NCBI RefSeq assembly: GCF_004010195.1
Contig: NC_057720.1
Location: forward strand, 7,491,117 to 7,555,116
DNA: 64,000 nucleotides
Source of the DNA: Chiloscyllium plagiosum
Lineage: Eukaryota
Direction of reading: 5' to 3'
Shown here: positions 37,617-49,306 of the stretch, one piece after another
Numbering within the stretch: the stretch's first letter is position 1
How the letters are laid out: each line of letters starts with the position of its first letter
Translations under genes and position numbers: made by a program
The notes under the pieces: model-generated
Databases searched by the model: none
What the model was told of the DNA's origin: nothing
The model's input: the letters and a program-made list of their open reading frames with translations, nothing else

Positions 37617-38032
37617 GAGAAAGTAAGGGCTGCAGATGCAAGAGAGCCAGAATCGAAAAGTATGGTGTTGGAAAAGCACAGCCAGTCAGGCAGCATCTGA
37701 AGAGCAGGAGAGTTGACGTTTCGGGCATAAGCCCTTCATCAGGAATGTGGGGGTGGGGGCAAGGGGGTTAAGAAATAAATAGGAGGGTGGGGTTGAGTGG
37801 GGCAAGGTAGCTGGGAAGGCGGATGGGGGTGGTGGGGTGATAGATCCATCGGGAGGGTGGAAGGAAGATGGACAGGTAGGACAGGTCAAGAGGTGGTGCC
37901 AAGTTGGAGTTGGATCTGGGGTGAGGTGGAGGAAGGACAGATTAGGAAACTCATGAAGTCAACATTAATACCAAAGGAGAAAGATGAGACGTTCTTCTTC
38001 CAGTTGTCAGGCAGCTTGGATTTGGTGGTGGT
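37617..38032 (-). mobile_element. Penelope-like element 3' end: ORF C-terminus, 3' UTR and family A terminal repeat
   Basis: The minus strand near 37950-38030 reads ...QLEEERLIF..GINVDFMSF, similar to the PLE C-terminus at ~44165-44250, and runs directly into the family A terminus. Confidence 0.75.
37711..37746 (-). ncRNA. Minimal hammerhead-like motif in a PLE family A terminus
   Basis: Minus strand reads CUGAUGA-A-GGGC(UUAU)GCCC-GAAA-C-GUC. Stem I pairing is weak in this copy. Confidence 0.45.
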
Positions 38033-38289
38033 AAAGTCAACATAGTCTTACCACACCACAGGGCTGTTCTCCCATTGGAGAGATGGCTGATGGTGGTTTA
38101 ACCTGAGCGGAGGGGACAGGTTGAGAAGAAGAGGCCTTCATGGTAACCTCAGTCAGTGTGGAAATTGAACCCACACTGATGGCACTACTCTGCAGAGCTA
38201 ACTGACACCCTATATGCATATTGCAGGAGCTGAAATAAAATATCTACTGTGTCGATCAACACCATGTCCAGTTCTTCTGCTGTGGGACA

Positions 38290-38645
38290 TTTTTTTATTC
38301 ATTCACAGGAGGAGGGCATCACTGACTAGGCCAACATTCATCGTCCATCCCTAATTGCCCAAAGGGTCGTTTAAAGTTAGCCACATTGCTGTGGGTCTGG
38401 AGTCACATGTAGGCCAGACCAGGTAGAAATGACAGTTTCCTTGCCTAAAGGGCATTAAGTGAACCAGATGGGTTTTCTGACAATGGATTAATGGTCATTA
38501 TTAGACACTTAACTCCAGATTTTGTTTTGATTCAATTCAAATTCCACCATCTGCCACAGTGGGCGTTGAAGCTGGGTCCTCAGAACATTATAGGGGTCAC
38601 AGGACTAAAAATCCAGTAACAAAACAACTAGACCATTGCCTCACC
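38290..38645 (-). mobile_element. tRNA-derived SINE family D
   Basis: Collinear with 30740-31092 and 62600-62920 (acattgctgtgggtctggagtcacatgtaggccagaccagg). Confidence 0.8.
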
Positions 38646-39132
38646 CAAAGTATCGCTGCAATCAGATACAAATACTCTTGTGGTGGATAAACCCACACAC
38701 TCCAGCCAACTGGGAATTCACCCCATGCTGTACCACCTAATTAGGTTCATAGAGTCAGAGAGATTTACAACACAGAAAAAGGCCCTTTGTATCTGTGATG
38801 GTCATAAAACAACCACCTAACAATTCTAATCCCAATTTGATCCACACCTGGTCATGCAGTAAATCACCCTCTTGAGGAATCCACACAGATGTGGCAAACA
38901 CATATTTTTTCCATGCAGATTGCAGCCTGGAGTTATGGATAGTGATGGTAGATGCTCCAATATTCTTCCCACACTTAGAGATCTCTCCCGGTCTTCGCAG
39001 CTGCCATTTGGCAAGATTTACAAGTTGAAACTCAGCTGCTTTATGAACACATTTTCCCTGGCCCTCAAGACCTGGAATGAGTCTTCAACCTGTGGCCTCT
39101 TAGATCAGAGGCAGGAAAGCTACTCACTTTGG

Positions 39133-39378
39133 ACAAAGTGTGGACTGCAGATGCTGGAGTCAGAGTCGAGAAGTGTGGTGCTGGAAAAGCACAGCCGGTC
39201 AGGCAGCATCCAAGGAGCAGAAGAGCTGACGTTTTGCGCATAAGCTCTTCATCAGGAAGAGCTTATGCTTGAAATATTAACTCTCCTGCTCCTCAGATGC
39301 TGCCTGACCGGCTGTGCTTTTCCAGCACCACATGTCTTGACTCTGACTCTCCAGCATCTGCAGTCCACACTTTCTCCA
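39133..39378. mobile_element. PLE family A fold-back element (near-complete palindrome)
   Basis: Long inverted arms aaagtgtggactgcagatgctggag...ctccagcatctgcagtccacacttt. Confidence 0.8.
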
Positions 39379-40589
39379 AAGTGAATTCTCCACACCCCCA
39401 GTCTGTGTACCTTCCCAGACTTTCCATTTAAAGTCACATCTAGTCTGAAGCCTAGATGCCCTGAAACACAGTGACAGACAATTCCCTCACAGGCTCAATG
39501 TGGGGGTTCTAGTGATGGATTGGGGTGGACAAAGTCAGAGGTCACATGACACTAGGCTGCCGTCCAACAGGTTTATTTGTAATCACAAACTATCGGAGCG
39601 TTGCTCCTTCATCAGGTAACCAGCAGGAACTACTGGTTACCTGATGAGAGTGAGTCAATTGATGGAAGGCTGGTTTGTGTGATGGACTGGGTTGTGTTCA
39701 CAGCTCTGTAATTTGTAATTTGTAAACCTCTTTGAAGTGGTGATTTCAAAAAAAACCTGTTGGACTATAACCTGGTTCATGTGGCTTCCGACCTCAGTAG
39801 CTCCAAAAATTAACCTTCTAAAAATTAAGTCATCAAATGCAAACTGTAGTAAGAGCTTCTTGTCCTTTCCATTTCCTTGCAAATGTTCTCCCTAGCTTTC
39901 TGAACAGCAGGAATGTGTCAGTAATTCATGTTGATAAGCGACTGGAAGAATTATAACAACATGCACAAAGTACATGACAAATCTACAGTGGTGAAGCTGC
40001 TGGTTAGCTACTGGTGGAGATATGAAGATGAAGTGAAGTACATTAGTTCTGAAATCTGTTCCGGCTGGGACCACTTGCTCATATGAAACAGCATTAGTCA
40101 GGTTCACAAGTTGATGTCAGTACATTAGATATATCTCATCTCCGTAAAGCCTGTCCAATGTTTGAAAGGTACAAATCAGTACTGTGTGTCAGGAATACTT
40201 GCCTAGGTGAGTGCAACTCCATCAACACTCAGAAAACATTAAAAAAGATGAGTAAGAAAGGCCATTCGGCCCTTCAAGATCTGTTCCATCATTCAATATG
40301 ATCATGACTTATTATTCAACTCAGCACCCTATTTCCTGATTCACTGTATAACCTTCTATCTCTGTAGCCCTAAGAACTATATCTAACTCCTTTCTGAATG
40401 CATTCAATCTTTTAACCACAACCAGTTTCTGTGGCAGAGAATTCCACAGGCTCACCACTCTCTGGGTGAAGACATTTCTCCCCATCTCAGTCCTAAGTGG
40501 CCCACTCTGTATCCTTAGACTGTGATCCCTGGCTCTTGGACCTCTCAACCATTGGGAATATCCTTCCTGTGTAAACCCTGCCTAGTCTT

Positions 40590-41005
40590 TTGCTTTGATT
40601 TATTAGTGTCACATGTGCCAAGACACAATGAAAAGTATTTTAGTGTGCTATCAAGGCAAACTGTACCTTATATAAGTAGATCAGGGTAATAAAACACAAT
40701 GCAGAATATAGTGTTACAGCTGCAGAGAAGATGCAGAGGAAGATCAATTCTAATATGAGAGGTCTGTTTAAAAGTCTGGTAACAGTGGGGAAGAAGCTGG
40801 TATTAAATCTGTTGGTACGTGTTTTCAAAATTTTGTATCTTCTGCCCGATGGAAGAGGGTGGACGAGAGTATAACCGGGATAGGGAAGGGGTCTTTGATT
40901 ATGATGGCAGCTTTCCCAAGCAGCACCAAACATAGATGGAGTCAACAGATGGAAGACTGGTTTGTCTGATGGACTGGGCTGCACTCCCAACTCTCTGTGA
41001 TTTGT
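40590..41005 (-). mobile_element. Rex1/Babar-like LINE 3' fragment inserted in a CR1 fragment
   Basis: HPLPSGRRYKILKTRTNRFNTSFFPTVTRLLN (ORF 40640-41056). CR1 pieces on both sides (40250-40590 and 41010-41250). Confidence 0.8.
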
Positions 41006-41319
41006 AATCTGTGAACCTCTGAGAGGTTTGTAGGTTTCTATGATATAATCCCCCATATTCTTCTAAATTCCAGTGAAATCCAATCTCGCTTCATTTGTCT
41101 GTCCAGCCAATCCAGGAATCAATTGCATTCCCTCCACACTCAGAACATCCTTCCTCAGACAAGGAGACCGAAACAATATTTCAAGTGTGGTCTCACCATT
41201 CGGCCCATTGAGACCTGCTCCACCATTCAGTATGATCATGGCTGATTATCCAACTCAGCACCCTATTCTCACTTTCACCTTATAACCTTTGATCTGTATA
41301 TACAATTACAGCAAGACAT

Positions 41320-42110
41320 CCATTGGCTAGAACAGTTGGGTTATTATGTTGAGGTTATACCGGACGTTGGTGAGGTCACTTTTGCAGTACTGTGTACAGT
41401 TCTGGTTGACCTGCTATAGGAAGGATATTATTAAATTGGAGAGGGTTCACAAAAGCTTTACCAGGATGGTGTTGAGACTGAATAGGCTGTAACTTTGCTC
41501 ACTGGAGCATAGGAGACTGAGAGTGACCTTTTAGACGTTTGTAAAATCTTGAGAGGCATAGATAGGGTGAATAGCAAGGGTCTTTTCCAAGGGGTGGGGG
41601 AGTTCAAAGCTAGGTAAGAGGAGAAAGATTTAAAAGAGATGTGATGGGCAACTGTCTCACGCAGACTGTGGTTCTTATGTAGGATGAACTACCAGAGGAA
41701 ATGGTAGATGCAGGTACAATAACAACATTTAAAAGATATTCAAACAGGCACAGGAATAGGAAAGATTTAAAGGGAGATAGGCCAAATACAGAGAAGTGGG
41801 GTTAGTTTAGTTTACAAAACTTGGTCAGCATCAATGAGTTGGATAAAAAGGTAAAAACAATGACTGCAGGTGCTGGAAACCAGATTCTAGATTAGAGTGG
41901 TGCTGGAAAGGCACAGCAGTTCAGGCAGCATCGGAGGAGCAGGAAAATCGACGTTTTTGGCAAAAGCCTCTATTCCTGATGAAGGACTTTTTTCCGAAAC
42001 GTCGATTTTCCTGCTCCTCGGATGCTGCCTGAACTGCTGTGCTTTTCCAGCATCACTCTAATCTAGAATCAGTGAGTTAGACCAAAGGGTCTGTTTCCTT
42101 GCTCTATGAC
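41320..42110 (+). mobile_element. CR1 LINE 3' fragment whose tail is interrupted by a PLE family A fold-back (~41852-42067)
   Basis: LRLYRTLVRSLLQYCVQFW... The insert is flanked by atca(a/g)tgagtt(g/a)ga and contains a + strand CUGAUGA..GAAACGUC at 41976-42003. Confidence 0.8.
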
Positions 42111-42814
42111 TCCCTGATGCTTCACTTGAATCGTCTCATCATAAAGGCCAGGATACAATATGTCTTCATCACAGCAACTGGTGTACAAGGAAACCCAGGT
42201 CTCACTGCACTGCCCCCTCTGACATTCAAGAAGTTTGACACCATCCAGGAAAATACTTGAGTGATAGAATGGACATGAGGGGCCAAACAGCCTCCTTTAC
42301 CCTCACAAATCAGCGCACATGTTGGTAAAATCATCCAGCAACAATAGCGTTAATAGCTGGGTGTAGCACATTGCATGAGAGTGAGAGAAAGTGGCTGAAT
42401 GAGAGAGGAAGGGAGACACACACACAGACATATACATAGTGGATGAAAACACACTGAAAATAATCGATCGAGAGAGTAAATGACTTTTACTTTTCACCAT
42501 GTCTGATTGCTTTACTGATTAATGTAAGTGTGCACATTATCACGAGGGCAGTGATGAACCTGCACTGCTGTTGAGGCATTGATTATTGGATATGGACCAG
42601 GTAAAAGGAACATATGGTACTTAAATGAGCCATCAAATCCTTGGTCAGTCTTCAGCGACAGAGTTAAGAGATTGACCAACCAGATTTCAAGCTTTGTTAA
42701 TACTGCAGGGATCCTTCACTCAAGACTGGGCAACAGCTGAGATCAAGACAGAAGGCTTGTGTTCTGATCTGAGGAGGGATTTCCAAAGAGAGCACAGCAG
42801 GAATCAGTCCAACT

Positions 42815-43140
42815 GATTAGATTACATTACATTACATTACATTACAGTGTGGAAACAGGCCCTTCGGCCCAACAAGTCCACACCGACCCGCCGAAGCGAA
42901 ACCCACCCATACCCCTACATTTACCCCTTACCTAACACTACGGGCAATTTAGTATGGCCAATTCACCTGGCCCTGCACATCTTTGGACTGTGGGAGGAAA
43001 CCGGAGCACCCGGAGGAAACCCACGCAGACACGGGGAGAACGTGCAAACTCCACACAGTCAGATGCCTGAGGCGGGAATTGAACCCGGGTCTCTGGCGCT
43101 GTGAGGCAGCAGTGCTAACCACTGTGCCACCGTGCCGCCC
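42815..43140 (-). mobile_element. HE1-type V-SINE, full length and young
   Basis: Near-intact head gggcggcacggtggcacagtggttagcac, V-domain and (TGTAA)n tail. Confidence 0.92.
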
Positions 43141-43269
43141 ATATTGTACCTGCATCTACCATTTCCTCTGGTAGTTCATTCTACATAAGAACCACAGTCT
43201 GCGTGAGACTGTTGGTGAAATACAGGGATAGCACCAATGCCAGTGGACAAGTGAACAATCCAGACAGGG

Positions 43270-43449
43270 AGAAAGTGAGGACTGCAGATGCAAATATGGT
43301 GCTGAAAAAGCACAGTCAGTCAGGCAGCATCCGAGAAGCAGGGGAATTGACGTTTTGGACATAAGCCCTTCATAAGCCTGAAACGTCGATTCTCCTGCTC
43401 CTCGGATACTGCCTGACTTGCTGTACTTTTTTAGCACCACACTCTCGAC
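43270..43449. mobile_element. PLE family A fold-back element
   Basis: Inverted arms flanked by aacaatc(c/t)ag. Confidence 0.72.
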
Positions 43450-43764
43450 TAACAATCTAGGCACTCAGGTTGTGAATGCTTGGGGGATGCAGGTTCGAAT
43501 CAGTGCAAGGCAGCTAATGGAATTCAAAGTCTATCAACAACTCAAGAATTGAAAGCTTCTCTCAGTTACAGTGACCACGAATTATCACCAATTATAAAAA
43601 TCCCATCTAATTCATGATTGTCCTTTTTGGGAAGAAAATGTGCCATCCAAGCCCAGTCTGGCCTCCTTGTGACTCCAGACTCATCGCAACAGACAGCTCT
43701 CTGAAATAGTCTGGCAAACTACTCAGTCCTAGGGCAATTAGGAAAAATTATACAAAGACCAGCG

Positions 43765-44822
43765 AATGTTAGAAATCAAAAACAAAAACAGAAATTGCTG
43801 GAGAAACTCAGCAGGTCTGGCAGCATCTGTGGAGAGAGAAAGCAGAGTCAATGTTCAGGTCCACTGACTGTTCTTCAGAGCTGACTGTCGCTAGGAGAAG
43901 GTTAGCATATGTCCTGAAGCTGAGGAGGAGAGGTGAGGGGGGGGGGGGGGGCGGGGAGAGATGGGAGGAGTAAACAATTGGTGGAGATAGAGCCTAGATA
44001 GAGAGAGTAGAACAATTTGGCAGACAAAGGAGTGAGTTAAGGTCAGCCTGGGAAAATGAGTATTTGGCCTGAGGACCATTAGCAGTTGACAATGGGTTGG
44101 TTGTGGAAGCATCCCATGTGATGACAGGGCCTGGGGTGTGGGTAAAGGACATGATGGAAGGTGTTCAGGTCCTCAAATTATTGAACTCGATATTGAGTCC
44201 TGAAGACTGCCCAGCTGGAAGGTGAGATGCTGTTCCTCCAGCTTATGCTGAGCTCCGCTGGTCACTGCAGCAAGCCCCAGACAGAGATGTTGGCCGGGGA
44301 ACTGGGTGGGGTGTTAAAGTGGCAAGCAACAGGAAGCTGAGGGTCATTTTCACAGACAGAATGTAGGTGTTTCACAAAGTGATTTGCAAGCGGCCTCCCA
44401 CATTGCAGGCAGTGAATGTAGTAGACGCGATTGAGTTCAGTGTGGGTAATTCACTGCTTCCCCTGGATGGTGTGTCTGGGGTCTTGGATACTGAGGAGAG
44501 AGGAAGCAAACGGGCAGCGGTGACATCTTCTGTGATTTTAGGGGAAGGTGCTATGATATGGGTAAGTGTTAGGGAGTAGTAGACTAGCATGCCCTGGGGT
44601 TGGCGGGAATGGGTGGGGGGGTCCCTGCAGAAGGCTCACAAGGGAAGGGAGGGGAAAATGTGTCTAGTGATGGCATTCTGTTGGAGATGGGGGAAATGGT
44701 ACCTAATGGTCCTTTCCGTGTGGATGCTGGTGGGGTAGCAAGTGAAGCCCAGGGGGCTTCTATTGCTGTTGTGGGAGGGAAGAGAAGGGGTGAGGGCCAA
44801 AATGCAGTAAATGGGTCCAACA
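43765..44822 (-). mobile_element. Penelope-like retroelement remnant (GIY-YIG endonuclease region, C-terminus and family C terminus)
   Basis: Frameshifted minus-strand translation: TCYPTSIH..IRYHFPHLQQNAITRHIFPSLPL, a Cys-rich GIY-YIG-like stretch at ~44360-44520, and AQHKLEEQHLTFQL..GLNIEFNNLR. Confidence 0.78.
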
Positions 44823-44825
44823 TAT

Positions 44826-45180
44826 CGGCACAGTGGCTCAGTGGTTAGCACTGCTGCCTCACAGCACCAAGGACCAAGGTTCGATTCCAACCTCGGGCGA
44901 CTGTCTGTGTGGAGTTTGCACATTCTCCCTGTGTCTGCATGGGATTCCTCCAGGTGCTCCAGTTTCCTCCCACAATCCAAAGATGTGTAGCTTGGGTGAA
45001 TTGGCCATGCTAAATTGCCCACAATATTCAGGGATGTGTAGGTTAGGTGCATTAGTCGGGGAAATGTACAGTAAAAGGGTGGGGAATTGGTCTGGGTGGA
45101 TTGCTCTTTGGAGGGGTCATTGTGGACTAGTTGGGCTGAAAGGCCTGTTTCCACACTGTAGGGATTCAGTGATTCTATGA
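44826..45180 (+). mobile_element. HE1-type V-SINE
   Basis: Head ggcacagtggctcagtggttagcactgctgcctcacagc, V-domain and tail. Confidence 0.9.
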
Positions 45181-45765
45181 TATCAGGGCAATGAGGGACA
45201 GGCAACAAATATTGGCCCTATTGTCAGCGCCCACATCCTATCAAAGAAAAAAATTAATAAAGGTCCCTCGCAATGTTGATGCTCAATGTCAGTTTCATGT
45301 TTCATGAGCTGTAACTGCTTTGGAGCATCTCAAAATGTGCTATGTAAATGCAAGTCCCTTCTTTCTTTTCACTCAATGGCTACTATTTCAAAGAACACAC
45401 AAAACTAAGACCATCAAGCTCCCTCTGCACCGAGGTGTGCACTGAGTGATGCTGCAGTCCAATTTTTCAAAGAAAGTAATATTAATGAGTTTCAAAATGC
45501 TGCAGTATGTTAATTGCTCATTTGAGCTACCATTACCAAGGTCACGTTATACTGACTTTGTTAGAGTGTGAAATTAATTTACCCAGAACAAACTGTGCAA
45601 CATTACCCTCAGATCTTGTGGGTAACATCATGCCATTTGAAGTAATGGGAGACACCTGGTTTGACCTCCAACCTTAAGACTGCAAAACATAGGAGCAGAG
45701 GTAGGCTGTTCAGCCCATCGAGTCTGCTCTATCATTCAATGAGATCCTGGCTGATCTGATCATCC

Positions 45766-46000
45766 ACGATAAAGTGTGGCGCTGGAAAAAGCACAGCAGG
45801 TCAGGCAGTATCTGAGGAGCAAGAGCATTGATGTTTCGAGCATAAGCACTTCATCAGGATTGGGTCCAGTCCTGATGAAGGGTTAAGCCCGAAACATTGG
45901 CTGTCTTATTCTTCAGATGCTGCCTGACCTGCTGTGCTTTTGCCAGCGCCACACTTTATCAACTCTGATTTCTCCAGCATCTGCAGTCCTCACTATCTCC
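45766..46000. mobile_element. PLE family A fold-back element with a 15-bp TSD
   Basis: Inverted arms gataaagtgtggcgctgg...ccagcgccacactttatc. Direct repeat ctgatctgatcatcc at 45751 and 46000. Confidence 0.82.
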
Positions 46001-46442
46001 TGATCTGATCATCCTCAATCCCTGCTCTTTACCACATTGCAATTAACTTTGAACCCAATGAATTCTTATTAGAACACAGCCTCTTGGTGCCTATGATAAA
46101 TTATCACCAAGAAACCCATAGGTTACCTGTACCTCCCTGGAGCTTCAAGTCTGAATAAATCTTGGGCCTTGAGGACTTCCCAATAAGCACGTTATGAAGC
46201 TCAAAGTTTGTTTGAAAACGGGGTGTGAAGACCCTTCAGCACAGATTGTGCTGTCAAATGCATGATCATTGGCTGGTGACTGGGTCAGTGAACACATCAG
46301 GATGGTCCGTCGGTTGAGAGATAAATCTTTAAAAAGACCAGGGGTCAGTGGAAACGCAGATATCCACCAGGCTCGTGCAAGAGAAATCAAATAAACAGGG
46401 TGCAGATGTAACGTGAAAGTGAAATTAAACAATGCAGTTTAA

Positions 46443-46884
46443 TAACATCCTTCAGCAGTTGGCAACTGTACATAACTCATCAGTTTACTGGTACAGATTA
46501 GGCTGAGGTAGAGTTGATAGCAGCCCCTGCAATCAGAAGGAATCATCCCTGAGGAAGGTCACATCTGGAACAATTAGATTTTTGGTTCAGACTGTGTTGG
46601 TACCACAGAGGAAAGGCTGAGGCACTTGGGGTTGTTTTCATTGGAGAAAAAATGGTTTAGGGGTAACATCCTTCAGCAGTTGGCAACTGTACATAACTCA
46701 TCAGTTTACTGGTACAGATTAGGCTGAGGTAGAGTTGATAGCAGCCCCTGCAATCAGAAGGAATCATCCCTGAGGAAGGTCACATCTGGAACAATTAGAT
46801 TTTTGCTTCAGACTGCGTTAGTTCCACAGAGGAAAGGCTGAGGCAGTTAGGGTTGTTTTCATTGGAGAAAAAATGGTTTAGGGG
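46443..46884 (+). repeat. 221-bp tandem duplication
   Basis: 46443-46663 is repeated at 46664-46884 with a few substitutions. Confidence 0.95.
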
Positions 46885-47230
46885 TGACTTGATAGAGTGT
46901 ACAAGATAATTAGGGGTTTAGATAGGGTTGACCGTGAGAACCTTTTTCCACATATGGAGTCAGCTATTATGAGGGGACATAGCTTTAAATTAAGGGGTGG
47001 TAGGTATAGGACAGGTGTTAGTGGTAGATTCTTTACTCGGATAGTCGTGAGTTCATGGAATGCCCTGCAGTAGCAGTGGTGGACTCTCCCTCTTTATGGG
47101 CATTTAAGCGGGCATTGGATAGGCATATGGAGGATAGTGGGCTAGTGTAGGTTAGGTGGGCTTGGATCGGCGCAACATCGAGGGCCAAAGGGCCTGTACT
47201 GCGCTGTATTCTTCTATGTGCTATGTTCTA
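46830..47230 (+). mobile_element. Young CR1/HER1 3' end
   Basis: ERLRQLGLFSLEKK.FRGDLI...RFFTRIVVSSWNAL plus a tail ending ttctatgtgctatgttcta. Confidence 0.9.
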
Positions 47231-47434
47231 TATACACCAAGCTGCCTTGTTGAGTGCTCTACACCAACTATGGCTGTGTGTTAACAGAGAAACGAAACAT
47301 ACTATTGCTCCAGGATCTGAATGACAACTATCAGCTCCCGTCCAATAAGCAGAGACAGATTTCTCTCTATTCCCCTTTCCCCTCAAATCACCTCTAAATC
47401 TCTTCCAGGCAAGAAAGCAAACCAATGCCTCTAT

Positions 47435-48510
47435 TCAGACTGGCTCAAAGGTAGAAGACAGAGGGTGGTGGTGGAGGGTTGTTTTTCAGACTGGAGACCT
47501 GTGAGCAGTGGAGTGCCACAAGGATCGGTGCTGGGTCCACTACTTTCCATCATTTACATAAATGATTTGGATGAGAGCTTAAGACGTATAATTAGTAAGT
47601 TTGCAGATGACACCAAAATTGGAGGTGCAGTAGACAGCGAAGAAGGTTACCTCAGATTACAATGGGATGTTGATCCCGATGAGCCAATGCACTGAGGAAT
47701 GGCAGATGGAGTTCAATTTAGATAAATGTGAGGTGCTGCATTTTGGGAAAGAAAATCTTAGCAGCACTTATACACTCAATGGTAAGGTCCTAGGGAGTGT
47801 TGCTACACAACAAAGAGATCTTGGTGTGCAGGTTCATAGCTCCTTGAAAGTAGAGTCACAGTTAAATATGATAGTGAAGAACGTGTTTGGTATGCTTTCC
47901 TTTGTTGGTCAGAGTATTGAGTACAGGAGTTGGGAGGTCATGTTGCGGCTGTACAGGACATTGGTTAGGCCACTGTTGGAATATAGCGTGCAATTCTGGT
48001 CTCCTTCCTATTGGAAGGATGTTGTGAAACTTGAAAGGGTTCAGAAAAGATTTACAAGGATGTTGCCAGGGTTGGAGGATTTGAGCTTTAGGGAGAGGCT
48101 GAACAGGCTGGGGCTGTTTTCCCTGGAGTGTCAGAGACTGGAGGGTGACCTTATTTAGGTTTATAAAATCATGAGGGGCATGGAAAAGGTAAATAGACAA
48201 GGTCTTTTCCCTGGGGTCGGGGAGTCCAGAACTAGAGGGCATAGGTTTAGGGTGAAAAGGGAAAGATATAAAAGAGACCTAAGAGGCAACAATTTCATGC
48301 AGAGGGTGGTGCATGTGTGGAATGGGCTGCCAGAGGAAGTGGTGGAGACTGGTACAATCGCAACATTTAAAAGGCATCTGGATGGGTATATGAATAGGAA
48401 GGGTTTGGAGGGATATGGGCTGGGTGCCTGCAGGTGAGACTAGATTGGGTTGGGATATCTGGTTGATATGGACGAGTTGGACCGAAGGGTCTGTTTCTGT
48501 GCTGTACATC
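47435..48510 (+). mobile_element. CR1 LINE ORF2 RT-to-3' end fragment
   Basis: RQRVVVEG..SGVPQGSVLGPLL..IYINDLD...SKFADDTKIGG, frameshifted into LYRTLVRPLLEY...RGHRFRV. Confidence 0.95.
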
Positions 48511-48759
48511 CTCTGGAAGTTCATCCCACATATGAACCACCCATGTGTAAAAAAGTTGCCCCCATGTCTTTATTAAAATCTTTTTCCTCTCACCTTAAAA
48601 CTTTGCTCCGATTCTTGAAATCTCCTACCCTTGGGAAAAGAGACCTTCCATATCTATCCATACCCCCTCTTAACACAAGTGCATGCAGTGCTGCAGATGT
48701 AGACTAACTAATATTTTGTTTAGTTCCAGCAACACTTCCCCAGCCCCACTCTCAACTAT

Positions 48760-49306
48760 GACTCTATTCCCTATAAGGCTCAGGAAATTCGGCATGTACA
48801 CAATGACTCTTACCAATTTTTATGGATGTACCATAGAATGCATCCATTCCAAATGTATCACAACTTGGTACGGCAACTGCTCTGCCTAAGACCGCAAGAA
48901 ATTACAGAGTTGTGAACGTAGCCCAATCCATCACGCTAACAAGCCTTCCATCCATTAAGTCCATTCTGCTGTTCAGGACAGCAGCCAACATAATCAAAAA
49001 TCCCTCCCACCCTGGTTATACTCTCTTCCACCTTCTTCCATTGGGCAGAAGATACAAAGTTTGAAAACACATACCAACTGATTCAAGAACAGCTTCTTCC
49101 CTGCTGTTATCAGACTTATGGATAGACCTCTGATATCTTTAGAGTTGATCTTTCTCTGCAACTTCTCTGTAGCTGTAACACTATATTCTGCATTCTGTTC
49201 TATTACCCTGATGTACTTATGTAAGGTATGACTTGCATAGTTAGCAAACACAATACAATACTTTTCACTGAATCTTTGACAATGATTACGCAAATCAAAT
49301 CAAATC
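48760..49306 (+). mobile_element. Rex1/Babar-like LINE 3' fragment
   Basis: RLRKFGM..MTLTNFYGCTIE..CITTWYGNCSA...FKNSFFPAVIRL, with a (CAAAT)n tail. Confidence 0.85.

Noticed and set aside
46145..46432. 95-aa minus ORF with vague C2-domain resemblance (SHPVFKQTLSF)
   Set aside because: No in-frame consensus donor and the similarity is too weak to support.
46504..46535. let-7-like TGAGGTAG seed
   Set aside because: Only the first 8 nt match and there is no pre-miRNA-length hairpin.
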